Of a DNA stretch of 64,000 bases, positions 1 to 13,823 are shown piece after piece (within the stretch, counting starts at the first letter, position 1; the number at the start of each line of letters is the position of its first letter). The notes under the pieces are model-generated. The model was not told the DNA's origin, ran no database searches, and worked only from the letters and a program-made list of their open reading frames with translations. The DNA comes from Mobula hypostoma (lineage: Eukaryota), in NCBI RefSeq assembly GCF_963921235.1, contig NC_086097.1, positions 8,370,001 to 8,434,000 on the forward strand, given 5' to 3'. Both the position numbers and the translations under genes were made by a program.

Positions 1-131
1 GTTGTGGGTATGCTACATTAGTGCTGTAAGCATGGCAATAGGAATGCCCCCAGTATACTTTGGTCTCTGATGGTCGTTGACGGAAAATAACGAGTTTCAT
101 TGTCTGTTTCGATTTACATATGACAAATAAT

Positions 132-665
132 ACAGAGAGGTTGTTCCAATGGCCAACCAATTTAACTCCAATCCCTGTTCCTTTTTCGAGATGTGAGTCC
201 TTGGCCACAATGAGGCTACTGTCAGCAGGTAGCAGGAGCAACATCTCATATTCCATTTGAGAAGCATTAACCTGACAGCACAAACGTCAATTTCTCCAAC
301 TTCTTGTAATTTCTCCTCCATCTCCCCTTCTGTTCTTTTCAATTCTCTGTACCATCTCCTCTCTTATCCCTTCTCTTCTCCTCACTTGCCTATCACCTTC
401 CTCTGGTGCCCTTCCCCTCTTCCCCCTTCCTCTCATGTTCCACTCTTTTCCTATCGGATTCCTTCTTCTTCGGTCCCTTTATCTTTTCCACCTATCACCT
501 CCCAGCTTCTCACTTCACCCCCACCCACCTTCCCCCTCACCTGGTCTCACCTATCACCTGCCAGCTTGTACACCTTCCCCTCCCTTCGTCTTCTTATTCT
601 TGCTTCTCCTCCCATTGCTTTCCAGTTCTGATGAAGATTCTCAGCCTAAAGCATCGATTCTTTAT
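132..665 (+). mobile_element. Old Penelope-like 3' remnant
   Basis: Degenerate GIY-YIG C-terminus (EQHLIF-like), polypyrimidine 3' region, decayed hammerhead ctgatga at 628-634. Confidence 0.75.
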
Positions 666-1424
666 TCCTCTCAGGTACCCACACTGATGTGAATCTGCAA
701 AAAGAACAAGCTTGTGTATGTTTAATCTGTTTCACCTGCCTTAAAGTGTTACGTTTTAATTTGTTGATGTTCTGATTAGTCTCACGACCTGACACATTCC
801 TTGGAATCCATACTTGATTTATATGTTGACCATCCATGGGTTAACTACTCCCATTAGACAAACTGCTTGCTAATTTCACTTTCCATCTTGATCACAGTAT
901 TTTTCACACCGCCATGTCTTCAGCTCTTATTTTCCTTCTTTATCCCACACTGACCTTATTTGTACTGTGGTCGCTGTTTGCCAGTTAGTCGCTCACCTAT
1001 TTGCTCCTTTTCATTACTCAGAGTCAAGTCAGACATCATTTCCTTCCTTGTTCAAGCAAAACAGCCTTGAGAACTCTGCATACAGTACTTCCCCTTTCTC
1101 ATTATTTTCTTGAAATCAGAATCAGAATCGGGTTTAATATCACAAGCATATGTTGTGGCAGTAGTACTTTGCAATATATAATAATAAAAATCAATAAATT
1201 ATATCCATAAATAAGCTCCCACAACTTATTAAATGCTCCCAATGGCATACTTCTGAAATAGCCTCTGACAACTAAGTCCAGCTCCTGGTCTTCACGTGTA
1301 TCTTAGCTACTAAGCCCAGTTGAACCATTTCTTCTGACAGGAAAAGAGACAATGGTGGGTTACTGACATCTTAACCAGTTGCTTAGGGTAGATGAGAGTC
1401 AACATCTGCGGTTGGCAGCTCATC

Positions 1425-1711
1425 TAGAAACATAGAAACATAGAAAACCTACAGCACAATACAGGCCCTTCTGCCCACAATGCTGTGCTGAACATGTACT
1501 TACTTTAGAAATTACCTAGGGTTACTCATAGCCCTCTATTTTTCTAAGCTCCATGTACCTATCCAGGAGTCTCTAAAAAGACCCTATCATATCTGCCTCC
1601 AACACTGTTGCCGGCAGCCCACTCCACGTACTCACCACCCTCTGCGTAAAAAAACTTACTCATGACATCTCCTCTGTACCTACTTCCAAGCACCTTAAAA
1701 CTGTGCCCTCT
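1425..1711 (-). mobile_element. CR1 3' end
   Basis: (ATAGAAAC)n tail; same subfamily as 9678-10413 and 28715-29559. Flanked by TCTAG on both sides. Confidence 0.85.
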
Positions 1712-1974
1712 AGGGGAAGAAAAACTGATGTCAAACCTCCACTGGCTTTGCAGCTATTCCCATTCATGGATATAGCTTTAGGATCAACCCCAAGGAAAAA
1801 TCTAGAGTCCAAAAGGTAGAGTTCAATGCTGACTAGCAGCTCCTGCAATGCCACTGGTGCTAAATTGTATCAATCCCTGACATTCCTTTGGATTCATCAG
1901 ATATGTGGAGAGGGGGAATCCTGCTACATGGGCAACAGCCATGGTCAACCCCAACCAATGGAGTGCCTTGATAG

Positions 1975-2570
1975 TGTACATGAGTTCATTGTCCATTCAG
2001 AAATCTGATGGCCGAGGGAAAGAAGCTGTTCCTGATACATTGAGTATATGTCTTCAGGTTCCTACATTTCCTCCTTGGTGGTAGCAATGAGAAGGAGCAT
2101 GTCCTTACTGATGCAGTCCTTAATGATGGATGCCACCTTTTTGAGGCACGCCCTTTGAAGATGTCCTCGATGCTGGGAAGCTTTATTGAATCCGTGCAGC
2201 GGCCTCTATATACCCGCCAGTTAGAATGTTCTCCATGGTACATCTGTAGAAATTGGCAAGAGTCTTTGGTGACATACAAAAACTTCTCAAACTCCTAATG
2301 AATTATTGCCACTAGCATTCCTTCTTTGTAATTGCATCAGTATGTTGCGCCCAAGATAGATCCTTAGAGATGCTGACACTCAGGAACTTGAAACTGCTCA
2401 CTCCTTTCCACTACTGATCCCTTGATGAGGGAGGTGTGTGTTCCCTTCACTGTCCCTGCATGAAGTCCAATCAATCCCTTGGTCTTACTGGCATTAAATG
2501 CAAGGGTATTGTTTTGACACTACCCAACCAGCGGATATACCTCACTCCAGAATGCCTCCTCGTCACCACC
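1975..2570 (-). mobile_element. Rex1/Babar fragment
   Basis: RNSFFPSAIRFLN. Similar fragments at about 4185-4555(+), 5395-6010(-), 7765-8830(+), 12160-12725(+), 30805-30929 with 33324-33605(-), 48260-48595(-), 50690-51350(-) and 55040-55285(+). Confidence 0.8.
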
Positions 2571-2638
2571 TTTGGTGACTTTGTCTGATTTTGGGCCAGT
2601 AACCTTTATTACTGCTAAATCTCTTCCATTAGTAAATG

Positions 2639-3183
2639 CACAAAGTGGCTACCTTATTAGATACAGGAGGTACCTAATAAAGTGGCTACGAAATGTATTT
2701 CTGTCTGTTTGTGTTCTTCTGCTGCTGGAGCCCATCTGCTTCAAGGTTTGACATGATATCTATTCAGGGATGCTGTTCCGCACACCACAGTTGTAACTTG
2801 TGGTTATTTGAGTTACTGTCGCCTTCCTGTCAACTTGAACTAATCTGCCCATTCTCCCATTCTCCTTTGACCTCTCTCATTGAAAAGTAATTTTCGTCCA
2901 CAGAACTGCTGCTCACTGGATGTTGTTTTTGTATTTTGCACCATTCCCTGTAAACTGTGGGGACTGCTGTGTATGGTAAACATTCTGAAATACTCAGACC
3001 ACCCCATTCACTTAGATCACACTTGTTCCCCTATTCTGATGTTTGGTCTGAGCAACAACTGAACCACTTGAACATGTCTGCATGCTTTCATGCATTGTGT
3101 TGCTGCCACATGGTTGATTGATTAGATTAACGAGCATTAACAAGCTGATACACACATGTGCCCGGTAGGGTGACCTCTGAATG
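2639..3183 (-). mobile_element. Tc1-derived non-autonomous element
   Basis: TIR-type cagtggccactttattaggtaca-like ends; homologous to the copies at 38762-40770 and 59271-62260. Confidence 0.75.
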
Positions 3184-6104
3184 TATATCAAATTATTTCT
3201 CAATTTACTCTCAGCAAGTCAGCTTTCTACAATATATGTTTTTATGATGATGTTCCTTAGAGCAATCCTGAGGATTTTATTCAGCCTATTTCTTGACTTC
3301 AATCCTTATGCACCAGTCCTTTCTGATTAAATCTGATTCTTCTTTTCCAATGCACTTGCAATATTGAAGCACGACCCAAGCAGGATGGCAATGCAGATTC
3401 ATTTTGTATCAGAAATTGCCCAAGGAAAACCGAGCATCTTAGGCATGATCCGTGGGTGGGTTTTACACCTAAATTTCTGGCACTTTTCCTTTCCTTGCAT
3501 CCTTACCATGCCATCTGCAGCTCTTGGAAAGTCAATTCCTTCGCAGTTCACTTTTCCCTTCCAAGCTGTTCTCTCTTGGGTTCCCTCCTCCCAAGCCAAG
3601 TGAGTTTAAAATTGAAAGTTGATCATTTATAACATTGTGCACAAGCCAATAATTTATCCTGGTGTCCTGCTGTTTGATAATTACATTGTAAAAGAGAGAT
3701 ACAAACTTAAGTATCTATCTGGGAATCCAGTCACAATACAGCAAGCCCACAATTACTGATGCTCGACTCCCATCTGGCTCACATTTTCTGACCCATTTCC
3801 CAAGCATATTCACGCAAAACATAAATTTTATTTTGCAAAACCAATTACTTGAGGATAATTTTAGACACAAATGGAAATTTGTCTTTGCTTTTCTACATCT
3901 TCTTTTCAGTTTTCTGCCGTTATAATAGTTTTTATCAGAGTTAAAATGGAAATTGATTTTTTTTCCAGTTAAATTCCAACCATTGTCCATGTACTAAACT
4001 AAAATTCAATAGAAAATAAAGATTAGAGAATTTCCATTAGGTACTGCAAATTGCACCCCAGTCACAAATTTGGTCAGATCCTTTTCCTTTTAGCAGAGAT
4101 ATCTGCTTTGAAAGTAGGTCTAGATAGATGAATAAGTGTTATATTTAGGCAGAGAGAGATTTCAGTAAAGAAAGGTGCTGGTAAAGAGCCAGCAACAACA
4201 TGAATGATCCCACGCATCCCGCCATCAGGGAGGAGACTACGTCACATCCACGCCAGGATCACCAGACACAAAAATAGTTACTTTCCCCAAGCCATAAGGC
4301 TGATCAGTACCTCCACCCACTAACCCACCCCTTCACACCCCCAACCACCACCTCTTTATCATTTCTTGTCAGTCACCTTATATACAGACACTCTTGTGCC
4401 AGGTGTCACTTTATAGACATACTGTACAATCAATCTATGTGTGTCAGCTATTTTATGTATTTATATTTAATGTGTGTTTTTGTCTGTGCTGCATTGGAAC
4501 AAATAATTACTTTGTTCTCCTTTACACTTGTGTATTGGAAATGACATTGAATAATTAATTAATTTTATTTTAATGAATACGGAGTGAAACAGGCACGCAG
4601 CTCTTTGAGCCAAGCTGCCCAGCAACCCCTGTTTTAACCCTAGCCTAATCATGGAACAATTTATAATGGGTAATTAATCTCCCAAACAGTCTTTCGACTG
4701 TGGGGGGAAAGCTGGAGCACCCGAGGGAAAGACACGCGGACACGGGGATAACTTACAAACTCCTTACGGACAGCAGGGGGAAGTGAACACAGCTGTAAAA
4801 TGCTGTCTTAACCACCACGCTACCAAAGTTTCAAAGGTTCAAAGGTTTACTTATTATCAAAGTGTACAACTCTGAAGGAATCTTGAATCATCACAAACAA
4901 ATAAAAGATACAAAACGTATTAGCTTGACACGAGAATATGCACAATGCAAACTAACCCCCAATTGACTTAACAAAATGCCTTTGTTGAAATAACTCAGGG
5001 ACAAAGTGCCTGACATAAGGCTTAGCTCATAGGACTAATCAATGACCCTGCAGCCATCCATGGTCAAGTTTGAACAGTTTTTAATTAACAGATAGCCCAT
5101 CTTGTGGAGCCTTGAGCTGCAGGAGTGCTAATTGAATATGTAAATCAGGGATTTTGTAAGTTAAAAAACCTCCCTTTGAGAAATTAATCCACAATCAAGT
5201 CTGCTCTCACTGGCATTCTTGGCAGATGCCAACAAAATACAAGTGTGCCGATAAGCAGCAGCTTCAGTTCAATTGACTTGGTTAAGAAAATCGTTACTGG
5301 CAGCTCCAGCAAAGCCATCATTTCTTTGGCCATCCCCTAAATGTCCTGAGAGCTAGCATCTCAAACCATGGTAAAGTGTCAAGGGAAGCTGTAAAGGTTT
5401 CAAGAATAATGTCAGTTCCAAGACACAAGTGTAAAGGAGAAAGAAATAATTGTTTTTCCAAATCTGATCAATGCAGCTCAAAAAAACACAATAAGACAAA
5501 GAGCACAACAATAAAAAACAAATAAATATAAATACATAAAATAGATTATATGTATATATTGACTGTATGCTTATAAAGTGATGCTCGGCACAGGAATGTC
5601 TGTACACGAGATGATTCTGTCAGGAAATGACAAAGTAGTGGTGGCTGGGGGTGTGGAGGGGTGGGTTAGCAGGTGCAGGTGTTGTTCAGCTTTACTGCTT
5701 GGGGAAAGTAATTGCTTTTGACTGGTGGTCCAGCGTGGATGCTACGTAACCCTCTCTCTGATGAGAGTGGGGAAAACAGTGTGGGTGAGATCCCTCCTGA
5801 TGTTACTGCCCCTTTTCTGACACCTTTCTGTAGAGATGTCCTTGATGGTCCGTAGGCTGGTGCTGGTGTAGTCTTGGTCAGTTTTGACTACCTGATGTAG
5901 AGTCTCCCGTCTACTGTAATGCAGTTTCTTTACCATGAGGTGACACAATATGTTACGATGCTCTCTACTGCGTATCTATAGAAGGATGTGAGTATAGATG
6001 TGCTTAGTCCAGCTCTCTTTGATACATTTCAGTATCTTGCTGGAGTCACAGCTAGGGACAGCTAAGGCTCTGTATGGGAATATGTTCCTGTCCGGTACAA
6101 GCTT

Positions 6105-6806
6105 GGTTGCCACGGTAGCATGGCAGTTATTGCGACGCTATTACAGCTCAGGGCGATGGAGCTGGGTGATCAGTTCCAGCACCGTCTGTAAGGACATTCT
6201 CCCCATGAGCTGCGTAGGTTTCGCCTGGGTGCTCTGGTCTCCTCCAACAGTCCAAAGAGGTACTGGTTAGTAGGTTAAATGGTCATTGCAAATTGTCCTC
6301 TGATTAAGATAGTGTTACCCTTCTTGTTTTTTTTTCACTGTTTTAATGGAGGCCGGGATTGAGGACGTGATTTTAAGTTTAACTCTGTTTGGTTTCAAGT
6401 TAGCCCATTGCTTTGCTTTGCTTTTAGGTAGTTGCACGGTGGGTTTTTTTTTGGGGGTTTTTTTTTTCTTTTTTTTTCCCATTGATATATATAAAATCTA
6501 GTATACTATTATGTTATCTTGGTTTCTTATGCTTAAATTACATTGTTTGTAGTATTTTCTTTTTGGTATTGTTATCTTTTGGAATTTTATTGTACTTTAA
6601 CATTGTATTAATGTTTATATGGCTTACCTTTTTTGTATACTTACTCAATAAAAAGATTTAAAAAGAAAGAAAGATAGTGTTAGATAGATGGGTTGCTCGG
6701 TGATGCAGCTCGTTGTGCCAAAAGGGCTTGTCCCGCACAACAAATAAATAAGCAAACAAACCAAAAAACAAACAAACAAACAAACAAATAAATAAATACA
6801 TAAATA
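6105..6806 (+). mobile_element. tRNA-derived V-SINE (HE1-like), split by the L1-type insertion
   Basis: A-box-like head, V-domain-like ttctccccatg..gtgctctggt..ctccaacagtccaaag, (TAAA/CAAA)n tail. Confidence 0.75.
6318..6670 (+). mobile_element. L1-type 3' UTR fragment (or L1-mobilised retrocopy)
   Basis: T-rich body, AATAAA then A/AAAG tail, 12-bp TSD AAGATAGTGTTA (6306-6317, 6671-6682) at a TT|AAGA site inside a V-SINE. Confidence 0.75.
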
Positions 6807-7213
6807 TCATTAGGACAGCACAGTAGGAGAGCAAACAGGTACACTATCTCACTGATCCAGAGATTATAGGCTCGATCCTGACCATTGCCTCTATCTATCT
6901 GTATATTGTCCCCAAGACTGCTTGGGTTTCCTTGAGTGAATCTGTATCATCTCTCATATCGGGTAATTGGCCACTATCAATTACCTGCTGCGTGTAGATC
7001 GACGATCGAGTCTGGAAATTTTTATGAGAATCTGGGGAAAATAGAATGGGTTAACGTAAAAACAGGTATTTAAAAATCAAGGTGGACTTGCTGGACTAAT
7101 GGTCCTGTTTCTATTTTTTAAACATAGCATAGGAGCAGTCCGTTCTTGTCCGATAAGCTTGAGCAGGCCCAGTTACACCCATTTTAACAATTAACCCACT
7201 CACCTGTATGTAA

Positions 7214-7762
7214 GACACTTGGAGGACTCACTTGGAGTACTATGAGAAGTTTTCGGCCCCTTACCTAAGAAAGAATGTGCTAACATTTGAGAGGGTTCAA
7301 AGAAGGGTCACTAAATGATTCTGGTTTGAAAGGCTTATCATATGAGGAGTGCTTGATGGCTCTGGGCCTGTATTCACTGGAATTCAGAAGAATGAGGGGG
7401 AATCTCATTAAAATCTATCATAAATGTTGAAAGGCCTTGATAGTGTGGGTGTGGAGAGGATATTTCCTATAGTGAGGCACTCAAGGAACAGAGGACACAG
7501 CCTTGGAATAGAGGAAAATCCATTTAGAAAAGAGATGAGCAGGGATTTCTTTAGCCAGAGAATAGTGAATCTGTGGAATTCATTGCCAAGGGCAACTGTG
7601 GAGGCCAAGTCATTAGGTATATTTAAGGCAGAGGTTGATAGATTCTTGATTGGTCAGGGCAGGAGATTGTGGCCGAGAGAGAAAATGGATCAGCCATGAT
7701 GAAATGGTGGAGCAGACTCAATGGGCCAAATGGCCTAATTCTGCTCCTATATCTTATGGTCT
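7214..7762 (+). mobile_element. CR1 3' fragment
   Basis: FFSQRIVNLWNSLP; tcttatggtct tail. Confidence 0.85.
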
Positions 7763-8104
7763 TCAGAAAACAGCATCCAGCATTAAGGATCCCCACCACC
7801 CAGGACATGCTCTCTTCTCACTGCTGCCATCAGGAAGAAGATACAGGAACCTCAGGATCCACACCACCAGGTTCAAGAACAGTTACTGTTGATCCAAAAT
7901 TCACTCAACTTCCCTTCCCACATCATTGAAATGTTCCCACAGCTTATGGACTCACTTTCAAGGACTCTTCATCTCACGTTCTTGATAATTATTGTTTATT
8001 TATTTAGTATTATTATTTCTTATTTTTGTATTTGCATAGTGTGTTGTCATCTCCACTCTGGTAAGACTTCCAGGTTGGGCAGTCTTTCATTGCTTCTGTT
8101 ATAA

Positions 8105-8700
8105 CACCATAAAACCATAAGATATAGGAGCAGAATTAGGCCATTTGGCCCATCAAGTCAGCTCCATCATTTCTTCATGGCTGATCTATTTTCCTCTCAG
8201 CCCCAATCTCCTGCCTTCTCCCTATATCCCTTTATGCTCTGACCAATCATGAACCGATCAGCCTTTGCCTTAAATATGCATAAAGAATTGGTTTCCACAG
8301 CTGCCTGTGGCAAAGAATTCCGCAGATTCACCACTCTCTGACTGAAGAAATTCCTCCTCATTTCGGTTCTAAAAGGACACCCCTCTGTTCTGAGGTTGTG
8401 TCTTCTGGTCTTAGACTGTCCCACTATAGGAAACATCCTCTTCGATTCTACTCTATCAAGTCCTTTCACCATTCAATAGGTTTCAATGAGGTTACCCCTC
8501 ATTCTTCTGAATTCTAGTGAATAGAGGCGCATAGCCACCAAACACTCTTCAAATGACATGATGTTCAAACCTGGACTCATTTTTGTGAACCTCCTTTGAA
8601 CCCTGTCCAGTTTCAACACATCTTTTTGAAGATAGAGGTCCCAAATCTGTTCACAACACTCCAAGTGAAGGCTCACAAGTGCTACAAAAAGTTTTGACAT
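8105..8700 (-). mobile_element. CR1 3' fragment inserted in a Rex1 3' UTR
   Basis: RRNFFSQRVVN; accataag-type tail. Confidence 0.85.
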
Positions 8701-9677
8701 TGTTATGATTATTATTGTTATGGTTATGGTTATAATTCAATAGTTTCGTTCAGTATGCCCTCAAGAAAATGAAACTCAGGGTTGTATATGGTAACATATG
8801 TGTACTTTGATTATAAATTTACTTCAAACTTCTTGTTTTGGTATTCTCCTTTTATTTCAACAGGCATCCAGAGAGGCACAATAGCAAACTTCTGGAGATC
8901 CTGGAATAAACGGTTGGATGAATTTGTCGATGACTCCAATAACAAGCCTCTCTACCACCATACCCCCAGTATAAACATGTAGCAAATTCATTTGGAAGCA
9001 AGGATAAGAAAATGTTGTTTACCTGAGTGGAGAATAAATAGTGGTATTGTTATGCAAGTCATTAGGTAGGAGAGCAACATGAATTAATAAGGAAAATATT
9101 ACTGTTGTTAAAAATAGATTGAATCTAATGGTCATTTAGCTCAGTAATCAGAGATGGTAACCAGAGGGCACAAGTTAATCAATGAAGGAATTAACTTTAG
9201 TGGTATCATAATATCCTTGTCCTGCACACTGTCTCCCAGTTATAATTTAATTTTTAATTTAGAGATACAGCACAGTAACAGTCCCTACAAGACCAGTGAG
9301 CCAGTGCTGCTCATTCACACCCAGACATCTACTTACCCATACGTCCTTTTGGAATGTGGTAGGAAACTGGAGCATCTGGAGGAACGCTACCTTGCCACCT
9401 CATAGAGTATAAAAGCGATAAATTAACTAAGTCACATTCTGATCTTGCATGAATCTTTGTTCTTCAAGGCCTCATGAAGTAAGAATCATTTACTTATTCC
9501 CAAACAAAGCAACTGGCAGAGGATGGAGAATGCGATTTCCCAGCTGATTGTTTCCATTTCCCTAATAAATTAAATATGCAGCTGGTCCTGGACAGAAAAT
9601 ACATCAAGTCACATGGACCCACAAAGAACAGAGTTACCAGGATGCTGCCTGAATGGAGAATTGGATTGCACTTCACA

Positions 9678-10413
9678 AGACTCTTGGCAGTGTGGAGGAT
9701 CAGAGAGATCTTGGGGACCGAGTCCATAGGACGCTCAAAGCAGCTGTGCAGGTTGACTCTGTGGTTAAGAAGGCATACGGTGTATTGGCCTTCATTAATC
9801 GTGGAACTGAATTTAGGAGCCAAGAGGTAATGTTACAGCTATATAGGATCCTGGTCAGACCCCACTGGAGTACTGTGCTCAGTTCTGGTCACCTCACTAT
9901 AGGAAGGACATGGAAACCATAGAAAGGTTGCAGAGGAGATTTACAAGGATGTTGCCTGGATTGGGCAGCATGCCTTATGAGAATAGGTTGAGTGAACTCG
10001 GTCTTTTCTCCTTGGAGCTACGGAGGATGAGAGGTGACCTGATAGAGGTGTATAAGGTGATGAGAGGCATTGATCATGTGGATAATCAGAGGCTTTTTCC
10101 CAGGGCTGAAATGGCTGCCATAAGAGGACACAGGTTTAATGTGCTTGGGAGTAGGTACAGAGGAGATGTCAGGGTTTAGATTTTTACACAGAGAGTGGTG
10201 AGTGCGTGGAATGGGCTGCCTGCAACGGTGGTAGAGGAGGATACAATAGGGTCTTTTAAGAGACTTTTGGAAAGGTACGTGGAGCTTAGAAAATAGAGGG
10301 CTATGGGTAACCCTAGTAATTTCTAAGGTAGGGACATGTTCGATACAACTTTGTGGGCCAAAGGGCCTGTATTGTGCTATAGGTTTTCTTTGTTTCCATG
10401 TTTCTATGTTTCT
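9678..10413 (+). mobile_element. CR1 3' fragment
   Basis: ERLQRRFTRMLPG..RGDLIEVYK; (TTCTATGT)-type tail. Confidence 0.9.
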
Positions 10414-10624
10414 AAAACACAACAACTGAGCGTGCACAGAATTTAAATTTGAGGGGTATGTTAAAACTCAGATTATACACACGTGCATACACATATGAGT
10501 GCTTTGCCCTTGCCAACCCTCTGCACATGTACAGCCCCAGTCATTTTATTCTGTGCATTCACGTGCCACTGTCTCTGAATGAAAAGATGATTATCTGCAG
10601 TAACTTGCAGTGGATCATAGAGAG

Positions 10625-11877
10625 TGCAGTTTCTCAGTATCTAGTTCAGCCCAAACAAACATAGTGCATACATTTCTGGGCACCCCACTGAAGGAAGGAT
10701 GCGGAGTTTTTGGAGAGGGTGTAGAAGAGGTTTACCAGGATGCTGCCTGGATTAGAGGGCATGTGCTGTAACAAGAGGTTGGACAAAGTTGGGTTGTTTT
10801 CTCTGGAGTGGCAGAGGCTAAGGGGAGATCTGATGGAGGTTTATAACATTATGTGAGGCATAGACGGAGCAGACAGACAGTATCTTTTTCCCAGGGTTGT
10901 AATATGGAGGAGGAGAAGATGGCGGTGCGATGTAGCTCTCAGCAGCCACTCTGGTGGTGACATCTGTTATTTGTCAGGTAGGGTGCCGTGCACAATCCTA
11001 ATTTGATGGAGATGGATGTGAGAGCACAGAGGAACATCTGGTGAAACTTCTGAAACGCCTGCTTCACTGCTGCTGCTACTGTGTGATCCAGAATCTCCAG
11101 AGGGGAAGGCCCCGAGTCCTCGGCTTTGCTTGTTGCTCGGCAACCTGGGCGGGGTCGAAGCGCTTGGCAGAGGATGGTGTTCGGAGAGGCTGTGTCAGAG
11201 GGGCTGGTCAGAGGTTCGAAGTTTTCAGACAGACTCAGAGTCTGCTGTGGTTGGGTCTTCCAATGGTGCTGCATCGGCAAGTTGGCGGCGCTTGGAGGTT
11301 CATGGCAGGGAGGGTTCCTGCGTGAGATGATGAGTCTATCGGGACTTTGAGACTTTTTTTTACCGTGCCCATGGTCTGCTCTTTATTAAATTACGGTATT
11401 ACTTTGCACTGTTGTAACTATATGTTATAATTATGTGGTTTTGTCAGTTTTAGTCTTGGTTTGTCTTGTGTTTCTTGTGATATCATTCTGGAGGAACATT
11501 GTATCATTTTTTAATGCATGCATCTTTAAATGACAATAAACGAGGACTGAGTGTCTTCATAATCTAATTTAATCTAAATGTCTAATACCAGAGAGCATAT
11601 ATTTTAGATGAGAAGGGATAATTTTAAATGAGTTGTGAGGGCAAGTGTTTTACTCAGAGAGTGTTAGGTGCGTGACATGCACTGCCTGGGGATGTGGTAG
11701 AGGCAGATACGTTCGACATTTAGATAGGCACTTGAATGTGAGGAAAATGGAAGGATATGGACATTGTGTAGGCAGAAAACATTAGTCTAGTTAGCCACCT
11801 GGCCACTAATTTATTCGGCGTGACAGAACATTGGGCCGAAGGACCTGTTCTTGTGCTGTACCGTTCTACGTTCTACA
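10625..11877 (+). mobile_element. CR1 3' fragment split by 10906-11577
   Basis: cccagggttg..|..aaatgtctaatacc rejoins across the insertion. Confidence 0.75.
10906..11577 (+). mobile_element. Non-autonomous retroelement of about 670 bp with GC-rich head and (AATCT)n tail
   Basis: Starts ggaggagaagatggcgg. Closely similar second copy at 24687-25361. Interrupts a CR1. Confidence 0.8.
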
Positions 11878-13171
11878 GTCTCTTCTAGTCAGAGATCCAG
11901 CAATGTCTGTGGATAAAGACTACTATTAAGAGGGTTTTGGGAAATCCTTGCCACTTGATGGCCTGGTTTAAGGCCAACTTACTGGGGTTACATTAATGGC
12001 TATGAGCAAAAACATCGGGCATTCCAATAAGTGTACTTCTGCTGACCTGTTGTATTTTCAGCTCCTCCATGTCATTGGTCCCCAGGAGCTGCATGCTGAT
12101 TGACATCCACTACAGACTCTTGGTTCCAAGATTGAAAGGTTCAGCAAGCTTTCCTATTTGCAGCAAAGCTGCATGTATTTCATTCAGAGATTGAGGAGAC
12201 TTGATAGGCTATCAAATTTCTACAGCTATACCATGGAGAGCATTCTAACTGGTTGCATCACCGTTGTGGTATGGAGGGAGGGGCCACTGTACAGGATCAG
12301 AAAATGCTGCAGAAAGTTGTAAACTCAACAGCTCCATCGAGAGCACTAGCCTCCCCAGCACTGAGGATTCCTTTAAAAGGTGATGCCTCAAAGAAGTACC
12401 ATCCATCCTTCAGGACCCCTATCAACCGGGACATGCCCTTTTATCATTGCCACCATCAATGAGGAGGTGCAGGAGCTTGAAGGCACACAACCAAAAATTC
12501 AGAAACTGCTTCTTCCCACCGCTATCAGATTTCTGAATTGACAATGCATCCATGAACACTATCACAGTAATAATTTCTTCTTTTGCTCTCTATTCATGTT
12601 ACTTCTTTAATTATATATGTAATTGTAATTTATATTTTTATTATAAAGTATTGCAATGTACTGCTGTTGCTAAACAACAAACTTCACAATGTATGCCAGT
12701 GATATTAAACCTGCCTCTGATTCTGACCCGACAGCGGTATAGGATGATAAGAGGCATTAGTAGAGTGGAGAGCCAGATCCTTATTCCCAGGGAAGAGATG
12801 GCTGTTACAAGAGGCAATAGTTAGGGGAAAGTATAGGGGATATGTTAGTGGTTGATTCTCCTTAACACAGGGAGTGGTGGGTACGTGGAATGCATTGGCA
12901 GATGAAGTGGTAGAGGCAGCAACATCACAGACATTTAAGAGACTCTTAGAAAGGCAGATGAATTAAAAGAAAAATTAAAGGCTATGTGGGAGGGAAGGGT
13001 TCCACTGATCTTGGAGTAGGTTAAAAGGTTGGCCCAACATTCTGGGCTGAAAGCCTGTACTGTGTTGTAGTAAACAACCGGAATTCTGCAGATGCTGGAA
13101 ATTCAAGCAACACACACATCAAAGTTGCTGGTGAACACAGCAGGCCAGGCAGCATCTCTAGGAAGAGGTAC

Positions 13172-13207
13172 AGTAGACGTTTCAGGCCGAGACCCTTCGT
13201 CAGGACT
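13172..13207 (-). ncRNA. Minimal hammerhead ribozyme, one helix I mismatch
   Basis: Reverse complement agtc-ctgacga-agggtctcggcct-gaaa-c-gtc-Tact. Confidence 0.65.
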
Positions 13208-13787
13208 GCGTCCGGTGCTCTCGATGTGGCCTTCTATATATTGGCGAGACCCAACACAGACTGGGAGACCGCTTTGCTGAACACCTACGCTCTGTCCGCC
13301 AGAGAAAGCAGGATCTCCCAGTGGCCACACATTTTAATTCCACATCCCATTCCCATTCTGACATGTCTATCTACGGCCTCCTCTACTGTAAAGATGAAGC
13401 CACACTCAGGTTGAAGGAACAACACCTTATATTCCGTCTGGGTAGCCTCCAACCTGATGGCATGAACATCGACTTCTCTAACTTCCGCTAATGCCCCACC
13501 TCCCCCTCGTACCCTATCCATTATTTATTTTTATACACACATTCTTTCTCTCACTCTCCTTTTTCTCCCTCTGTCCCTCTGACTATACCCCTTGCCCATC
13601 CTCTGGGTTCCCCCTCCTCCTTTGTCTTTCTCCCTGGGCCTCCTGTCCCATGATCCTCTCATATCCCTTTTGCCAATCACCTGTCCAGCTCTTGGCTCTA
13701 TCCCTCCCCCTCCTGTCTTCTCCTATCATTTTGGATCTCCCCCTCCCACTCCAACTTTCAAATCCCTTACTCACTCTTCCTTTAGTT

Positions 13788-13823
13788 AGTCCTGACGAAG
13801 GGTCTCGGCCTGAAACGTCGACT
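13788..13823 (+). ncRNA. Minimal type I hammerhead ribozyme (Penelope pLTR)
   Basis: AGTC / CTGACGA / AGG-gtctcgg-CCT / GAAA / C-GTC^ / GACT. Helix I is AGTC:GACT, both core boxes are conserved, and helix III is the loopless palindrome ACGT. Confidence 0.8.

Noticed and set aside
257..692. Ser/Pro/Phe-rich ORFs (also 41549-42208 and 13491-13850)
   Set aside because: By-products of the polypyrimidine 3' region of Penelope remnants.
3364..3603. Overlapping ORFs on both strands, with a donor-like GTAAGG on minus
   Set aside because: No matching acceptor or recognisable product.
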